From the NCBI GenBank assembly GCA_036446835.1, contig JAZFTT010000038.1, forward strand, positions 1 through 46,754: a DNA stretch of 46,754 bases, in the 5' to 3' direction. Source of the DNA: Acidimicrobiia bacterium. GTDB lineage: Bacteria; Actinomycetota; Acidimicrobiia; Spongiisociales; ZC4RG35. Of this stretch, positions 26,184 through 35,270 are shown in pieces. The translations under genes were made by a program, and so were the position numbers. A model generated the notes under the pieces. That model saw only the letters and a list, made by a program, of their open reading frames with translations, ran no database searches and was not told the DNA's origin. Position 1 is the first letter of the stretch. Each line of letters begins with the position of its first letter.

Positions 26184-27068
26184 TCAGACCCGTCCGAGTA
26201 GGCCGGCAAGCTCCTCGACTGCTGTCACGTCGATCGGGTCGAGAACGACCTGGATGTGACCGACTCCGGCCTCGGTGAACTCGGCAAACCTCTCGAGGAC
26301 ATCCTCACCTGCCATCGGCTCGGCCCGAGGTCGGTCCTCGCTGCCGGCCACTCTTCCCTCACCACGGGACAGCTGCACATACACCGCAGCCGTCTTTTCG
26401 ATCTCACCCGGGTCACGTCCAACCTCGACACACGCCGCCTCCAACTCGGAGACGAGCGGTTGAAGACCCTCAGCCCGGTTCCCGAACCACACGTGCCAAC
26501 TGTTCCACATGTCGATGTGCGGAGCTGCGATGCGAAGCATGCGTGGCCCGTTGGACCCGACCATCAGCTTCATGTCCGATCTTGCCCGGGGCAGCAGTTC
26601 CATCTCCCGATGTGTGTAGAAGCGGCCTTCAAAGTCGATGGAGCCATCCCTAATCAGGGTTCGAATGATGGTGAAGGCCTCCTCGAATCGCGACACCCGG
26701 TTGTCATAGGGGAACCCGAAAGCGTGGTACTCAGGTTGGTTCCAGCCTGCTCCCAATCCGAGAATCAGCCGACCTCCGCTGATCTCGTCAACAGTCGACG
26801 CTTTCTTGGCGATCATCGCCGGTGAGTGAAAGGAAGTGGCAGCCACAAGGGGGCCCATCTCGACTCTCTCGGTGGCTTCGGCCAGCGCGGCCAACACCGA
26901 CCATGCCTCCCAGGGGCCTCGCGTGCCGGTCACGCCATCTCTGAAAATCAGGTGGTCGCCCACCCAGATCGAGTCGAAGCCACACTTCTCGGCGGTAGCG
27001 GCAATGTCGCGGAACTCGAGCCAGCCGACATCACGTTCCACTTCAGGCAGCTGGATTCCTATCTTCAT
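26184..27068 (-). CDS. LLM-class (luciferase-like) F420-dependent oxidoreductase
   Basis: MKIGIQLPE...FDSIWVGDHLIF...GRLILGLGAGW. Start at ATG 27066-27068. The upstream extension of the ORF overlaps the neighbouring gene. Confidence 0.85.
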   Translation of the reverse strand: MKIGIQLPEVERDVGWLEFRDIAATAEKCGFDSIWVGDHLIFRDGVTGTRGPWEAWSVLAALAEATERVEMGPLVAATSFHSPAMIAKKASTVDEISGGRLILGLGAGWNQPEYHAFGFPYDNRVSRFEEAFTIIRTLIRDGSIDFEGRFYTHREMELLPRARSDMKLMVGSNGPRMLRIAAPHIDMWNSWHVWFGNRAEGLQPLVSELEAACVEVGRDPGEIEKTAAVYVQLSRGEGRVAGSEDRPRAEPMAGEDVLERFAEFTEAGVGHIQVVLDPIDVTAVEELAGLLGRV

Positions 27069-27073
27069 CACGT

Positions 27074-28390
27074 CTACTCGCTGACCTCGTCCGATGCGGG
27101 CAGGGCGGCGCGATCGAAGTTGCTCCGCACGTTCCACAAGATCCAACCTACGTCCCTGTCCTCTGCCGCCTGAATCGACGCCCGGATCTGGCTGTTGGTC
27201 CACCAGAAGGCCTGAAGCCACGGTCGCAACCTCGCACCAGGCGCCATCCTGGGCAGCGCATCATCGATGGCGTCGGCGGTCACCGCATAAGGGTGATCGT
27301 TGGGATCGTCGAAACCAAGCCAACCGTCGGAATAGTGACTCGGGTAGACCATCGGACTCAGAGCGTCCAACTGCGCCGACAATTCCTCCGGTTTCTGACC
27401 GAGACCTTGATCATCAGGCACCGACACGACGATGGCGAAGATGGCGGCGCTCGTCGAGCAGCCCATCGGTGTCAACACACCCCTTGCTTCGGCGAGAAAG
27501 CCCTCGATGGCCGCGACCCGGTCGGCTTCGGTGAGTGAGAGTTGTCCGCTCACCCGGGCGGTTCGTCCGGCGGGATATCTGACATAGTCGAACTGGATCT
27601 CATCAAACCCCAGCCCGCAGGCTTCGATGGCCAGGTCGATGTTGTAGTCCCATGCCGTCTCCACCATCGGGTCGATCCATGGTCCGGCGAGCTTCTCGTC
27701 CGGACGGGCTTTGACTCGAAGGGCATCTTCGAATACGACAATCCTCGTTATCGCATAGAGATCCTGATCTCGCATTTGCGCAAGTCTCTCCACAGGGTCG
27801 TACCAAACCACCACTGCTCCGATATCGTGGGCTTCGTCGATCGTGGTGTCGTAGACGACCGTCCCTCCCTCCTGCTTGGTGTCGAACACGAAGGCATTCA
27901 CCGCGGTGTCGGCAGCCAACTTCAGGAGTCGCTCGAAGTGAGCGTCGTCGCCGGCGGCACCCGCGCCGACTCGTAGCCCTCTCACCTTCTTTGGCTCGAT
28001 GGTCACGAGGAAGAATGCCGAACCTTGCTCCCACGGCACCTCGGCCTCGGTCCAACCGCTCTTGGAGACTCGAAACGGCTCGGGCTCGGTGGCCTCAAAA
28101 GTGAAAGACCCATCAGAGCCGGTGGTGAGCTCGGCTGACCCAATCGTCACCGTCGCCCCGGACACCGCCGACCCGGAGGGGTCGACAACCTTGCCGAACA
28201 GGTTGAATACACGACGGATCGTTGTGACGGTCGATGGTGTCGTCGACGTGGTGATGGTTTCAGAGACAGTCGGCGGCGAGGCAACGACCGCACTTGTCGT
28301 TGGCCCACCCACCTGAGCAGCGACACAGCCAGACGAGACGAAACCTAGAGCCAGGAGGACGAGCAGGCGGGACCGCGGGATCAGATCCAC
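27074..28390 (-). CDS. Putative glycoside-hydrolase-like lipoprotein (GHL/DUF4015-type TIM barrel)
   Basis: Lipobox LGFVSSGC, a Thr/Ser-rich linker, then NAFVFDTKQEGG...IQFDYVRYP, which is typical of the putative glycosyl hydrolase domain family. Confidence 0.65.
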   Translation of the reverse strand: MDLIPRSRLLVLLALGFVSSGCVAAQVGGPTTSAVVASPPTVSETITTSTTPSTVTTIRRVFNLFGKVVDPSGSAVSGATVTIGSAELTTGSDGSFTFEATEPEPFRVSKSGWTEAEVPWEQGSAFFLVTIEPKKVRGLRVGAGAAGDDAHFERLLKLAADTAVNAFVFDTKQEGGTVVYDTTIDEAHDIGAVVVWYDPVERLAQMRDQDLYAITRIVVFEDALRVKARPDEKLAGPWIDPMVETAWDYNIDLAIEACGLGFDEIQFDYVRYPAGRTARVSGQLSLTEADRVAAIEGFLAEARGVLTPMGCSTSAAIFAIVVSVPDDQGLGQKPEELSAQLDALSPMVYPSHYSDGWLGFDDPNDHPYAVTADAIDDALPRMAPGARLRPWLQAFWWTNSQIRASIQAAEDRDVGWILWNVRSNFDRAALPASDEVSE

Positions 28391-28406
28391 CCCGGCATGG
28401 TATGTG

Positions 28407-28859
28407 TCAGGCCCAGCGTAAGACCATGGCTGTCATGGTGAACAGCAATAGCAATGTGTCGACAACCCCGAAGGTGGACATCCGAGCAGTTGTGGAATTG
28501 ATTCGGGCTTGATCTCCCGATTCCACGGCCTCGGCGACAGCCTCTGAGCCAGGGCCGAACACAAAGATGCCCAGCAGCGCTCCGATGACGATCATCCCGA
28601 AGCCAATGGTGACGAAAAGACTGCCAAAACTGAAGGAGTCGTCCTCAAGGACCATGACTATCCCGGTGATGAGAAGCAGGATCGAAGCCGGCATGTACAA
28701 CCTCTTGCTGAGTTGTCCTGCCACCCGGTACCACCCGGCGACAACCTCGACTCCCTGTGGGGCCGCCAGACCGGGGACGACGGCCTGAATGACGTTGGCA
28801 CCGAGCCAAACACCGGCACCGGCGATATGTAGGACAAGAATTATGTCGGGTACTTCCAT
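28407..28859 (-). CDS. Hypothetical integral membrane protein (about 4 TM)
   Basis: Hydrophobic segments are present throughout. ATG start. No catalytic motif recognised. Confidence 0.55.
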   Translation of the reverse strand: MEVPDIILVLHIAGAGVWLGANVIQAVVPGLAAPQGVEVVAGWYRVAGQLSKRLYMPASILLLITGIVMVLEDDSFSFGSLFVTIGFGMIVIGALLGIFVFGPGSEAVAEAVESGDQARINSTTARMSTFGVVDTLLLLFTMTAMVLRWA

Positions 28860-28913
28860 GGGCTCTCTTCCGAATCTTGAACCGGCAAGTTAGTCGCTCG
28901 CTCTCATTGGGTA

Positions 28914-29312
28914 GTGACACACTTACGATCGGCCGTCGTGGTCGACAACAAAGAACCCCCGGGCTGTCGCCAAGCAGCGATAGCGACGACATTTCTGCTC
29001 GCCTTTGCTGTGGTGTTCATGATCGGTGGCCTCTCTCTGATCAACGGCGACTCCTGCGAAGGCCTCTGTCAGACACTCGGTCTGACACTCCTTTACGCCG
29101 GTGGGCCTCTGTCGGCCGTCCTGGGCGTCGCTTTTGGCGGAGTGTGGTTGGCCTGGCCACTCGATGTGACACTCTGGGTGATTATCGGATTCGCCTCGGC
29201 TCGATGGGCTGAGCGCCGATCCCGGGGAGTCCTCGGTGTCGCCCTGGCGCTCATAATCCTGGCTCTCATCTACGGACTAGTCCTTTCGCAGTTCGTGGAA
29301 ATAGCCGTTTAG
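28914..29312 (+). CDS. Hypothetical integral membrane protein
   Basis: Several predicted TM segments (FLLAFAVVFMIGGLSLI, VLGVALALIILALIYGLVL). The start codon is uncertain. Confidence 0.45.
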   Translation: MTHLRSAVVVDNKEPPGCRQAAIATTFLLAFAVVFMIGGLSLINGDSCEGLCQTLGLTLLYAGGPLSAVLGVAFGGVWLAWPLDVTLWVIIGFASARWAERRSRGVLGVALALIILALIYGLVLSQFVEIAV

Positions 29313-29344
29313 ATTTCCTCGCCGTCACTTACCGTGAGCGGTGA

Positions 29345-29695
29345 ATGCCGAACACAATCACTGTCCGTCTCGTGGGTATCGGGCTGGCCGGTCTGTTGAC
29401 CGTGGCCGCCGCCTTCTCCACGACCGCCCTTTTCGAAGCATCGTCACCGGGCTCGGACCTCGAGGCTGTTGGTGGTGCCGAGATGATCATCGATCTGGTT
29501 CAGGGGCGGAAGACTCTGCTCTGGTCCTCTCTGTCGGGGATTGTCACCGGCTACACCGTGCTCGGCTGGCCGACGAGTGTCGACGGCCATGATCTCGGTG
29601 GCGCCGTGATGCTTGCCAAGCCGGAGAACGGATCGGCAGGCGTCATCGATTTCGGCGAGAAACCCATGTCAGCCAGTTTCGACCTGTCTTCCTAG
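29345..29695 (+). CDS. Hypothetical secreted/membrane-anchored 116-aa protein
   Basis: N-terminal signal/anchor VGIGLAGLLTVAAAFS. Its stop TAG shares the tetranucleotide CTAG with the convergent M16 peptidase stop. Confidence 0.45.
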   Translation: MPNTITVRLVGIGLAGLLTVAAAFSTTALFEASSPGSDLEAVGGAEMIIDLVQGRKTLLWSSLSGIVTGYTVLGWPTSVDGHDLGGAVMLAKPENGSAGVIDFGEKPMSASFDLSS

Positions 29696-30978
29696 ACCGC
29701 CAGATACTGCTCCAGGTCCGAGTCGTCGAAGGGACCGACCGCCCCGATCATCCGGGTGTCGGCGCCGTATAGGTCGACTGCCACCGACTGGACGTTCTCG
29801 AGAGTGATTGCCTCCAGCTTCTCCAGTCTCTCGTCGACCGAGAGATGAGGCATCCCCGCCAACTCGTCTCTTCCCAACCGCACCATCCTGCTGTTGGCGT
29901 CCTCGAGAGACAGAGCCAACCCGCCTCTCGCCGACCCTTTGGCGCGTTCGAGCTCTTCGGGTGTGATGCCGGAGTCAACGACTTTCGTTAATTCGTCGCG
30001 AATCAGGTTCAGGGCTGTATCCGTCTGACTAGGGGTCGTTCCCACATAGACACCCCAGGCTCCGGTGTCGGCGAACGACAGCTTGAACCCGTACACCGCG
30101 TATGCCAGGCCACGCTCTTCGCGCACCTCACGGAACAAACGCGACGACATGCCGGAGCCCATGATGTGGTTGAGCACATCAAACGCCCATCGGCGCTCGT
30201 CCATACGATCCAATCCCGGACCGCCCACCACGATGTGAGCTTGCTCGGTGTCCTTCTTCTTGACGTTGATCCGAGGCCGGCCGGCGGGATCGCTGTGCTC
30301 ATGATCGACCCTGTTGCCTGACCAGTCGCCGAAACGCTCGCTGATCATCTCGACAAGGGCTCCATGGTCGATTGAGCCTGCCGCTGCCACCACCATCGAC
30401 CCGGCCCCATAACGACGCCCCCAGTAGCCATTGATCTCGTCGCGTGACATGGCAAGGATCGAATCCCTGGTGCCCAGGACCGGGGCCTCGAGAGCATGGC
30501 CTGCAAAGACCGCCGTGGTGAAGTTCTCAAAGGCGACGTCGTTGGGATCGTCCTCATACATGTTGATCTCTTCGACCACCACGTGACGCTCGGCGTCTAT
30601 CTCATGTGGGCGGAATGCCGGACGCTGGATGATCTCGGAGAGAACGTCAAGCCCCGTCGTCAGTTCCTGGTCCAGGATCCGCGTCCAGAAGCAGGTGGCT
30701 TCCTTTGAGGTGAAGGCGTTGGACTCGGCGCCTATGGCGTCAAAGGTTTCCGACACGTCACGAGCGGAGAGCTTGTCGGATCCCTTGAAGAGAAGATGCT
30801 CGAGGAAGTGGGAAACCCCCTGTTCGTGAGTATCTTCGTCGCGGGTACCGGTGTCGATCCAACAGCCAAGGGCCACAGACCGCAATGAAGGCATCGTCTC
30901 CGAGATCACTCGGAGACCGTTGGGAAGGGTGGTCAGGTCGTAGTGCACAGACCGGATCGTATTACGGAACAACGCCAA
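29692..30978 (-). CDS. M16-family zinc peptidase (insulinase/PepR-like)
   Basis: Inverted zinc motif HFLEHLLFKG (HxxEH). 428 aa with a two-domain layout. TTG start at the ORF maximum; the true start may be slightly downstream. Confidence 0.9.
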   Translation of the reverse strand: MALFRNTIRSVHYDLTTLPNGLRVISETMPSLRSVALGCWIDTGTRDEDTHEQGVSHFLEHLLFKGSDKLSARDVSETFDAIGAESNAFTSKEATCFWTRILDQELTTGLDVLSEIIQRPAFRPHEIDAERHVVVEEINMYEDDPNDVAFENFTTAVFAGHALEAPVLGTRDSILAMSRDEINGYWGRRYGAGSMVVAAAGSIDHGALVEMISERFGDWSGNRVDHEHSDPAGRPRINVKKKDTEQAHIVVGGPGLDRMDERRWAFDVLNHIMGSGMSSRLFREVREERGLAYAVYGFKLSFADTGAWGVYVGTTPSQTDTALNLIRDELTKVVDSGITPEELERAKGSARGGLALSLEDANSRMVRLGRDELAGMPHLSVDERLEKLEAITLENVQSVAVDLYGADTRMIGAVGPFDDSDLEQYLAV

Positions 30979-31032
30979 CGCCGAAACACGCTTTCGCCTC
31001 GGTTTGACACGGCATGAGACAATTAGCGACTG

Positions 31033-33120
31033 ATGCGCGGACGAGACCAGACATTTCTTGCCGATCTCATCGGTCCTGAGGACAAAGCAATCGAGGCTGT
31101 CGTCAGCCGATACCAGCGGGTTGCCCCTGCGGTCACCAGGCTTGCCCGGAGTCTTTCGGACAATCCCAACCTCCGGGTGCGGCTTGGCTCGGAGAGCGCC
31201 GCCTCACCGGACGAGGTTGTCTGTGACCCGCGGATCTTTCAGGCCGCCTATCACCGCAATGCTCCGGTCACGCCCGACGAGGTTGCCCTCGCCTCGGCTC
31301 TCCATGAGGTGATGCACCTGGTCTCGACAAATCTCGATGAGAAGAGGCCTCTCCCCGACGAGTGGCCCATCGAAGGTGACGTTGCCGAGGGTGTTGAGAT
31401 CGACCTCCTGACGGCTCTGGAGCGGACCGGAAGACCGGTGGCCGAGATCATCTTCTTCAGTCTCGAGGACGCCCGACAGGAGGCACAGGGTCTTTCGACG
31501 TACCCGGGCGCCAGGTCCGTCCTAGAGGACCTCTACCTATCGTCACTGAGTCAGGCCATCTCCAAGTCGGGAGCGCTCAGCCAGTTTGTCCTGGGATGTT
31601 TCCTTCTCACCGGCGGCTACGTCGAACGCGAGGTGCTCGAGCGGCGCTTCGAGGCCCGAGCAGCCGTGGCCATCGATGATGCAACTGAGCACTGCCGTCT
31701 CGCCGCAGAGACAACGGACCCTTGGTATGTGGCCCAGCTCGCTCTTGAACTCGAGGCAATCGCCCGCACTCACGGTCTCATCACCGAAGTACCCGATACC
31801 GCGACGAAGACTCAGCGCAAACTGACCGAGGACGAAGACGCCGAGGAGGCTGCAAGCGGCGTCGATGCTGTCCGCCTGACTTCGCCCATTGTCTCGGACT
31901 CGGACTCATATCAGGACACCAAGCGCGCCGCGGAATCCCGCTCGGGTCTGTCCGATCGCAGAGGGGCCTCCGATATTGCCGGCGACGAACCAACCGATCA
32001 ACTGCTCCGTGTCAGCCAAGCACCTGAAGTGTTTCTGCCGACGGGTCAGAGCGGAAAGCTCCTGGTGACAGCCATCCCGCACTCCTTCAGTGCTTTCAGC
32101 ACGGAGGGTCTCGAGTCGATGGAGGCAGCGGCCAAACGCTGGGGGGTCGCCCAACGAAAGGTCTCCGGTGAGCTCTTTCCCCTTTTTGCCGCCAACCAAC
32201 GACGTGGTCTCCGCTCCGGATTCGACCAGGGTGATGTCTCTCCGCACGCTGCCCTCTTCATTGGGGCCGGGCTCTACGAGAGACTATACGAGCGACGGTC
32301 AGCAAGGACCAGACGTCGGTATGCGGTGTCGCTTCTCGTGGACGCGTCGGCGTCGATGCTCAGCCCTGGTCGCGGCCACGGTCCGGGAACATCGTGGGCT
32401 ATGCCTGCCGCTCTCCTCGGCGCCTGGACTATGGCTCGACTCTGCGATGAGCTCCAGATCGACTTCGAGGTCGCACTCTTCAACCGCGGTTTCGCCGCGA
32501 AGCCAGAGGATACCGAGGACAGCTTTCGCCGGGCCCGTTCCGCAGCGACCGCCGGTCTTCGCCAGACTCAGGGGACCGCAGCGGACAGACTCACAAGCAC
32601 AGTGAACCACTACATGGTCAAGCCGTTCGATCGGCGATGGCGCGACGCTCAACACGCTCTGGCCGGCCTCTTCTTCACGGCGGCTGAGCCAAAAAAGGCC
32701 GCCGCATTGGCAAGACGCAATGGCAGCTCTGCACCACCCGTGTCGCTGTTCGAGAAGGCCGCCAATGTCGATGAGTTCAACGTCATTCACGCCGCTGAGC
32801 GCATGGGACGTCTCGGTGCCGACGTCAGGCTTCTCATGGTTCTCGCTGATGGCATGACGCGTGGATCGATGGAATCTCTCGCCAAGTCCGTTTCGTCCGT
32901 TGAGGCTGGAGGTACCACCGTCATCGGGATAGGCATCGGCGACCACACCGTCGACCACGCCTATCAGCGTCATGAGGCGGTGGAGGAGCCCGACCAGTTG
33001 GCCAAGGCGATGGTCGACGGCACCCGGAGCGCGTTGCGACGAGGCCTGGCGATGTCGGGCATGGACAGTTGGTGGGCGCGTACACCCCAGTTTCTAGTCA
33101 AGGAGAAGACAAGTGCCTGA
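31033..33120 (+). CDS. HExxH metallopeptidase-like N-domain plus CobT-like von Willebrand factor A (VWA) C-domain protein
   Basis: HEVMH at 31303-31317, an acidic linker, the MIDAS motif DASAS at 32341-32355, and a CobT-C-like tail (RLLMVLADGM...VIGIGIGDH). Confidence 0.8.
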   Translation: MRGRDQTFLADLIGPEDKAIEAVVSRYQRVAPAVTRLARSLSDNPNLRVRLGSESAASPDEVVCDPRIFQAAYHRNAPVTPDEVALASALHEVMHLVSTNLDEKRPLPDEWPIEGDVAEGVEIDLLTALERTGRPVAEIIFFSLEDARQEAQGLSTYPGARSVLEDLYLSSLSQAISKSGALSQFVLGCFLLTGGYVEREVLERRFEARAAVAIDDATEHCRLAAETTDPWYVAQLALELEAIARTHGLITEVPDTATKTQRKLTEDEDAEEAASGVDAVRLTSPIVSDSDSYQDTKRAAESRSGLSDRRGASDIAGDEPTDQLLRVSQAPEVFLPTGQSGKLLVTAIPHSFSAFSTEGLESMEAAAKRWGVAQRKVSGELFPLFAANQRRGLRSGFDQGDVSPHAALFIGAGLYERLYERRSARTRRRYAVSLLVDASASMLSPGRGHGPGTSWAMPAALLGAWTMARLCDELQIDFEVALFNRGFAAKPEDTEDSFRRARSAATAGLRQTQGTAADRLTSTVNHYMVKPFDRRWRDAQHALAGLFFTAAEPKKAAALARRNGSSAPPVSLFEKAANVDEFNVIHAAERMGRLGADVRLLMVLADGMTRGSMESLAKSVSSVEAGGTTVIGIGIGDHTVDHAYQRHEAVEEPDQLAKAMVDGTRSALRRGLAMSGMDSWWARTPQFLVKEKTSA

Positions 33121-34102
33121 AACCGTGATCTTCGAGGATCCCACTGCCGAGGGGCGACCTATAGAGCTCGAGAAGTTCGAGATGCCCGACAACGTAGCCG
33201 ATGTCGAGTTCCGTCTTCGCAAGGTGCCCGAACCCGACCCGCACTACGTAGATCTCGGAATGCTCTACCGCTTCGCCCAACTCGAGAAGGCCCGTCGAGC
33301 CGAGGCTGAGGGTCTTGTGCCGCTCCACATCGCGGTTCGGGGACACATGGGAACCGGCAAGGACCACGACATCGAGCAGTTCGCCGCCGCGATGGGTCTC
33401 CCCTACTTCCGTGTCCCGCTCACGGGCGAGGTTCGCGATGTCACCCTCATTGGCTCGACCCATCTGCATGGTGACGGCAAGGGTGGAACCGAAAGTCGCT
33501 GGGAGGATGGCGACATAACCCGTGCTCTCCGTGGCCCCGCGCTGCTCAACCTCTCCGAACTGAACGCGGCCGGCGCCGAGACGCTTTTTGCCCTTCACGG
33601 GCTTCTCGACCGCTATGCCGCTCTCGATCTTCCCAACGGGGAGACCGTCCGCCTGAGAGACGACGTGCGAGTCTTCGGTACCATGAATCCAACCGACATC
33701 AGGGATTACGCGGGCACCCAGACGCTCAACAAGGCCTTCGCCGATCGCTGGGTGATCTGGGAAAAGAAGTTTCCCGAAGAAGACCAGGTCAAGGCGATGC
33801 TGGTGCGGCGTTATCCCAAGTTGAAGGACGAATACGTCGAGGCCATCGCCAGGCTCACGATTGAGATCAACGCCTCGTTCGAGGAGTCGGACACCGGTGT
33901 TCGTGTGGAGACACCTCTATCGCTCCGCTCGGTCCTCGATCGGATCCCCACCGGTCTGCTCGTCTACGCCGACCGCGACGACCCGTTGCGCAAGGCCTGG
34001 AACGAGTTTGTCCTTCCACAGGTAGACGCCTACGACCGCGACCACTACGAAACGGTGTGGAACGCCGTCGTTCGAAAAGGCCCATCCAAAACCCCCTTCT
34101 AG
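33113..34102 (+). CDS. AAA+ ATPase, CobS/MoxR (AAA_5) type, with non-canonical Walker A and B
   Basis: GHMGTGKDHDIEQFAAAMGLPYFRVPL resembles CobS (G.GKS..IEQ.A..L..P..RV.L). Walker B reads LLNLSELNAA and sensor 1 reads VFGTMNP. The GTG start has AAGGAGAAG upstream and overlaps the upstream gene by 8 nt. Confidence 0.85.
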   Translation: MPETVIFEDPTAEGRPIELEKFEMPDNVADVEFRLRKVPEPDPHYVDLGMLYRFAQLEKARRAEAEGLVPLHIAVRGHMGTGKDHDIEQFAAAMGLPYFRVPLTGEVRDVTLIGSTHLHGDGKGGTESRWEDGDITRALRGPALLNLSELNAAGAETLFALHGLLDRYAALDLPNGETVRLRDDVRVFGTMNPTDIRDYAGTQTLNKAFADRWVIWEKKFPEEDQVKAMLVRRYPKLKDEYVEAIARLTIEINASFEESDTGVRVETPLSLRSVLDRIPTGLLVYADRDDPLRKAWNEFVLPQVDAYDRDHYETVWNAVVRKGPSKTPF

Positions 34103-34146
34103 GACCGGAAGCGCGGAGTACGGCGACGGGACAGTACGTTACGGAC

Positions 34147-35229
34147 ATGGCCTATGACCTGGGCAATCCGGAACTGGAGAAAACCATCCGACAGTTGGTC
34201 GCCGCCGCGTCGGACAACGACAACCAGGACCTGATCGGAGAGCTGATCACGACTGTACTCAAGTTGCATCGAGACGGCGCCACCCGTGGAGACCTCAAGC
34301 TGCTCAATACCGCGGTGAAGGAGATCCGCTACTCCAACCTCGTCTTCTCACGTCACGACGAGCCCAAGGTGACCATCTACGGGTCGGCGCGTCTTGGTGA
34401 AGGCGACCCCAACTACGAGTTGACAGTGAAGTTCGCTCGATTGATGGCCCACCATGGTTGGGGTGTGATCACCGGGGCAGGCCCGGGAATCATGGAGGCA
34501 GGCAATCGTGGCGCCGGTATCGACAACTCATACGGCGTCAACATCCGTCTCCCCTTCGAAGCGGCAGCGAACCCCTATCTGTCCGAGGCACGCACCGTCA
34601 ATTTCAAATATTTCTTCACCCGAAAGCTCGGGTTTGTCAAAGAGTCACATGCGTTTGTGATCCTTCCCGGCGGATTCGGAACCCTCGACGAGGCCTTTGA
34701 GCTGCTCACATTGATCCAGACCGGCAAAAGCGATCTACACCCGATTGTACTTCTCGAAGCGGAAGGGGCGAGCTATTGGGACCCGGTTCTCGACTTCGTC
34801 GAGAACGTCCAACTCGCCAGAGGCCTGATCTCGGAAGCGGACCTCTCGCTGTTTCTGCACACGACCAGCCCGTCCGAGGCCTGCGACCACATCCGTCACT
34901 TCTACAACAACTACCACTCTCAGCGATATGCCTCAGGCAAGCTCATCCTGCGAGTACGGCAGGCGCCGTCCACAGAGGAGCTGGCTGCCTTGAACGACGA
35001 ATTCGCCGATATCGTCGTCGACGGGACAATCGAGATAGCCGAACCCTCACCACCCGAGATCGTTGACGACGATGCTCTCGACTGCAATCGCATCGCGTTT
35101 GTGTTCGACAGGAGACAATTCGGGCGTCTTCGACAACTGGTCGACCGGCTCAACGAGATCGCAGAACTCCCGGAGGCAACCCGCATTCCGACACCGATGA
35201 GCGAGGAGCAAGCCGAAAGATCGTGGTAA
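34147..35229 (+). CDS. LOG-family (TIGR00730, nucleotide 5'-monophosphate nucleosidase / lysine-decarboxylase-like) protein with N- and C-terminal extensions
   Basis: GAGPGIMEAGNRGA and PGGFGTLDEAFE motifs. An alternative GTG start at 34057 would overlap the AAA+ gene by 46 nt. Confidence 0.85.
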   Translation: MAYDLGNPELEKTIRQLVAAASDNDNQDLIGELITTVLKLHRDGATRGDLKLLNTAVKEIRYSNLVFSRHDEPKVTIYGSARLGEGDPNYELTVKFARLMAHHGWGVITGAGPGIMEAGNRGAGIDNSYGVNIRLPFEAAANPYLSEARTVNFKYFFTRKLGFVKESHAFVILPGGFGTLDEAFELLTLIQTGKSDLHPIVLLEAEGASYWDPVLDFVENVQLARGLISEADLSLFLHTTSPSEACDHIRHFYNNYHSQRYASGKLILRVRQAPSTEELAALNDEFADIVVDGTIEIAEPSPPEIVDDDALDCNRIAFVFDRRQFGRLRQLVDRLNEIAELPEATRIPTPMSEEQAERSW

Positions 35230-35270
35230 GCACTTAGTACTACAGCTGGGTTCACTATTAGAATCTGAGG

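Noticed and set aside
31033-34102. Annotating the VWA/AAA+ pair as cobaltochelatase CobT/CobS for B12 synthesis
   Set aside because: The gene order is reversed. No cobN or other cob genes are nearby, the VWA protein has an extra HExxH N-domain, and the ATPase has non-canonical Walker motifs. I kept the pair as CobST-like with unknown function.
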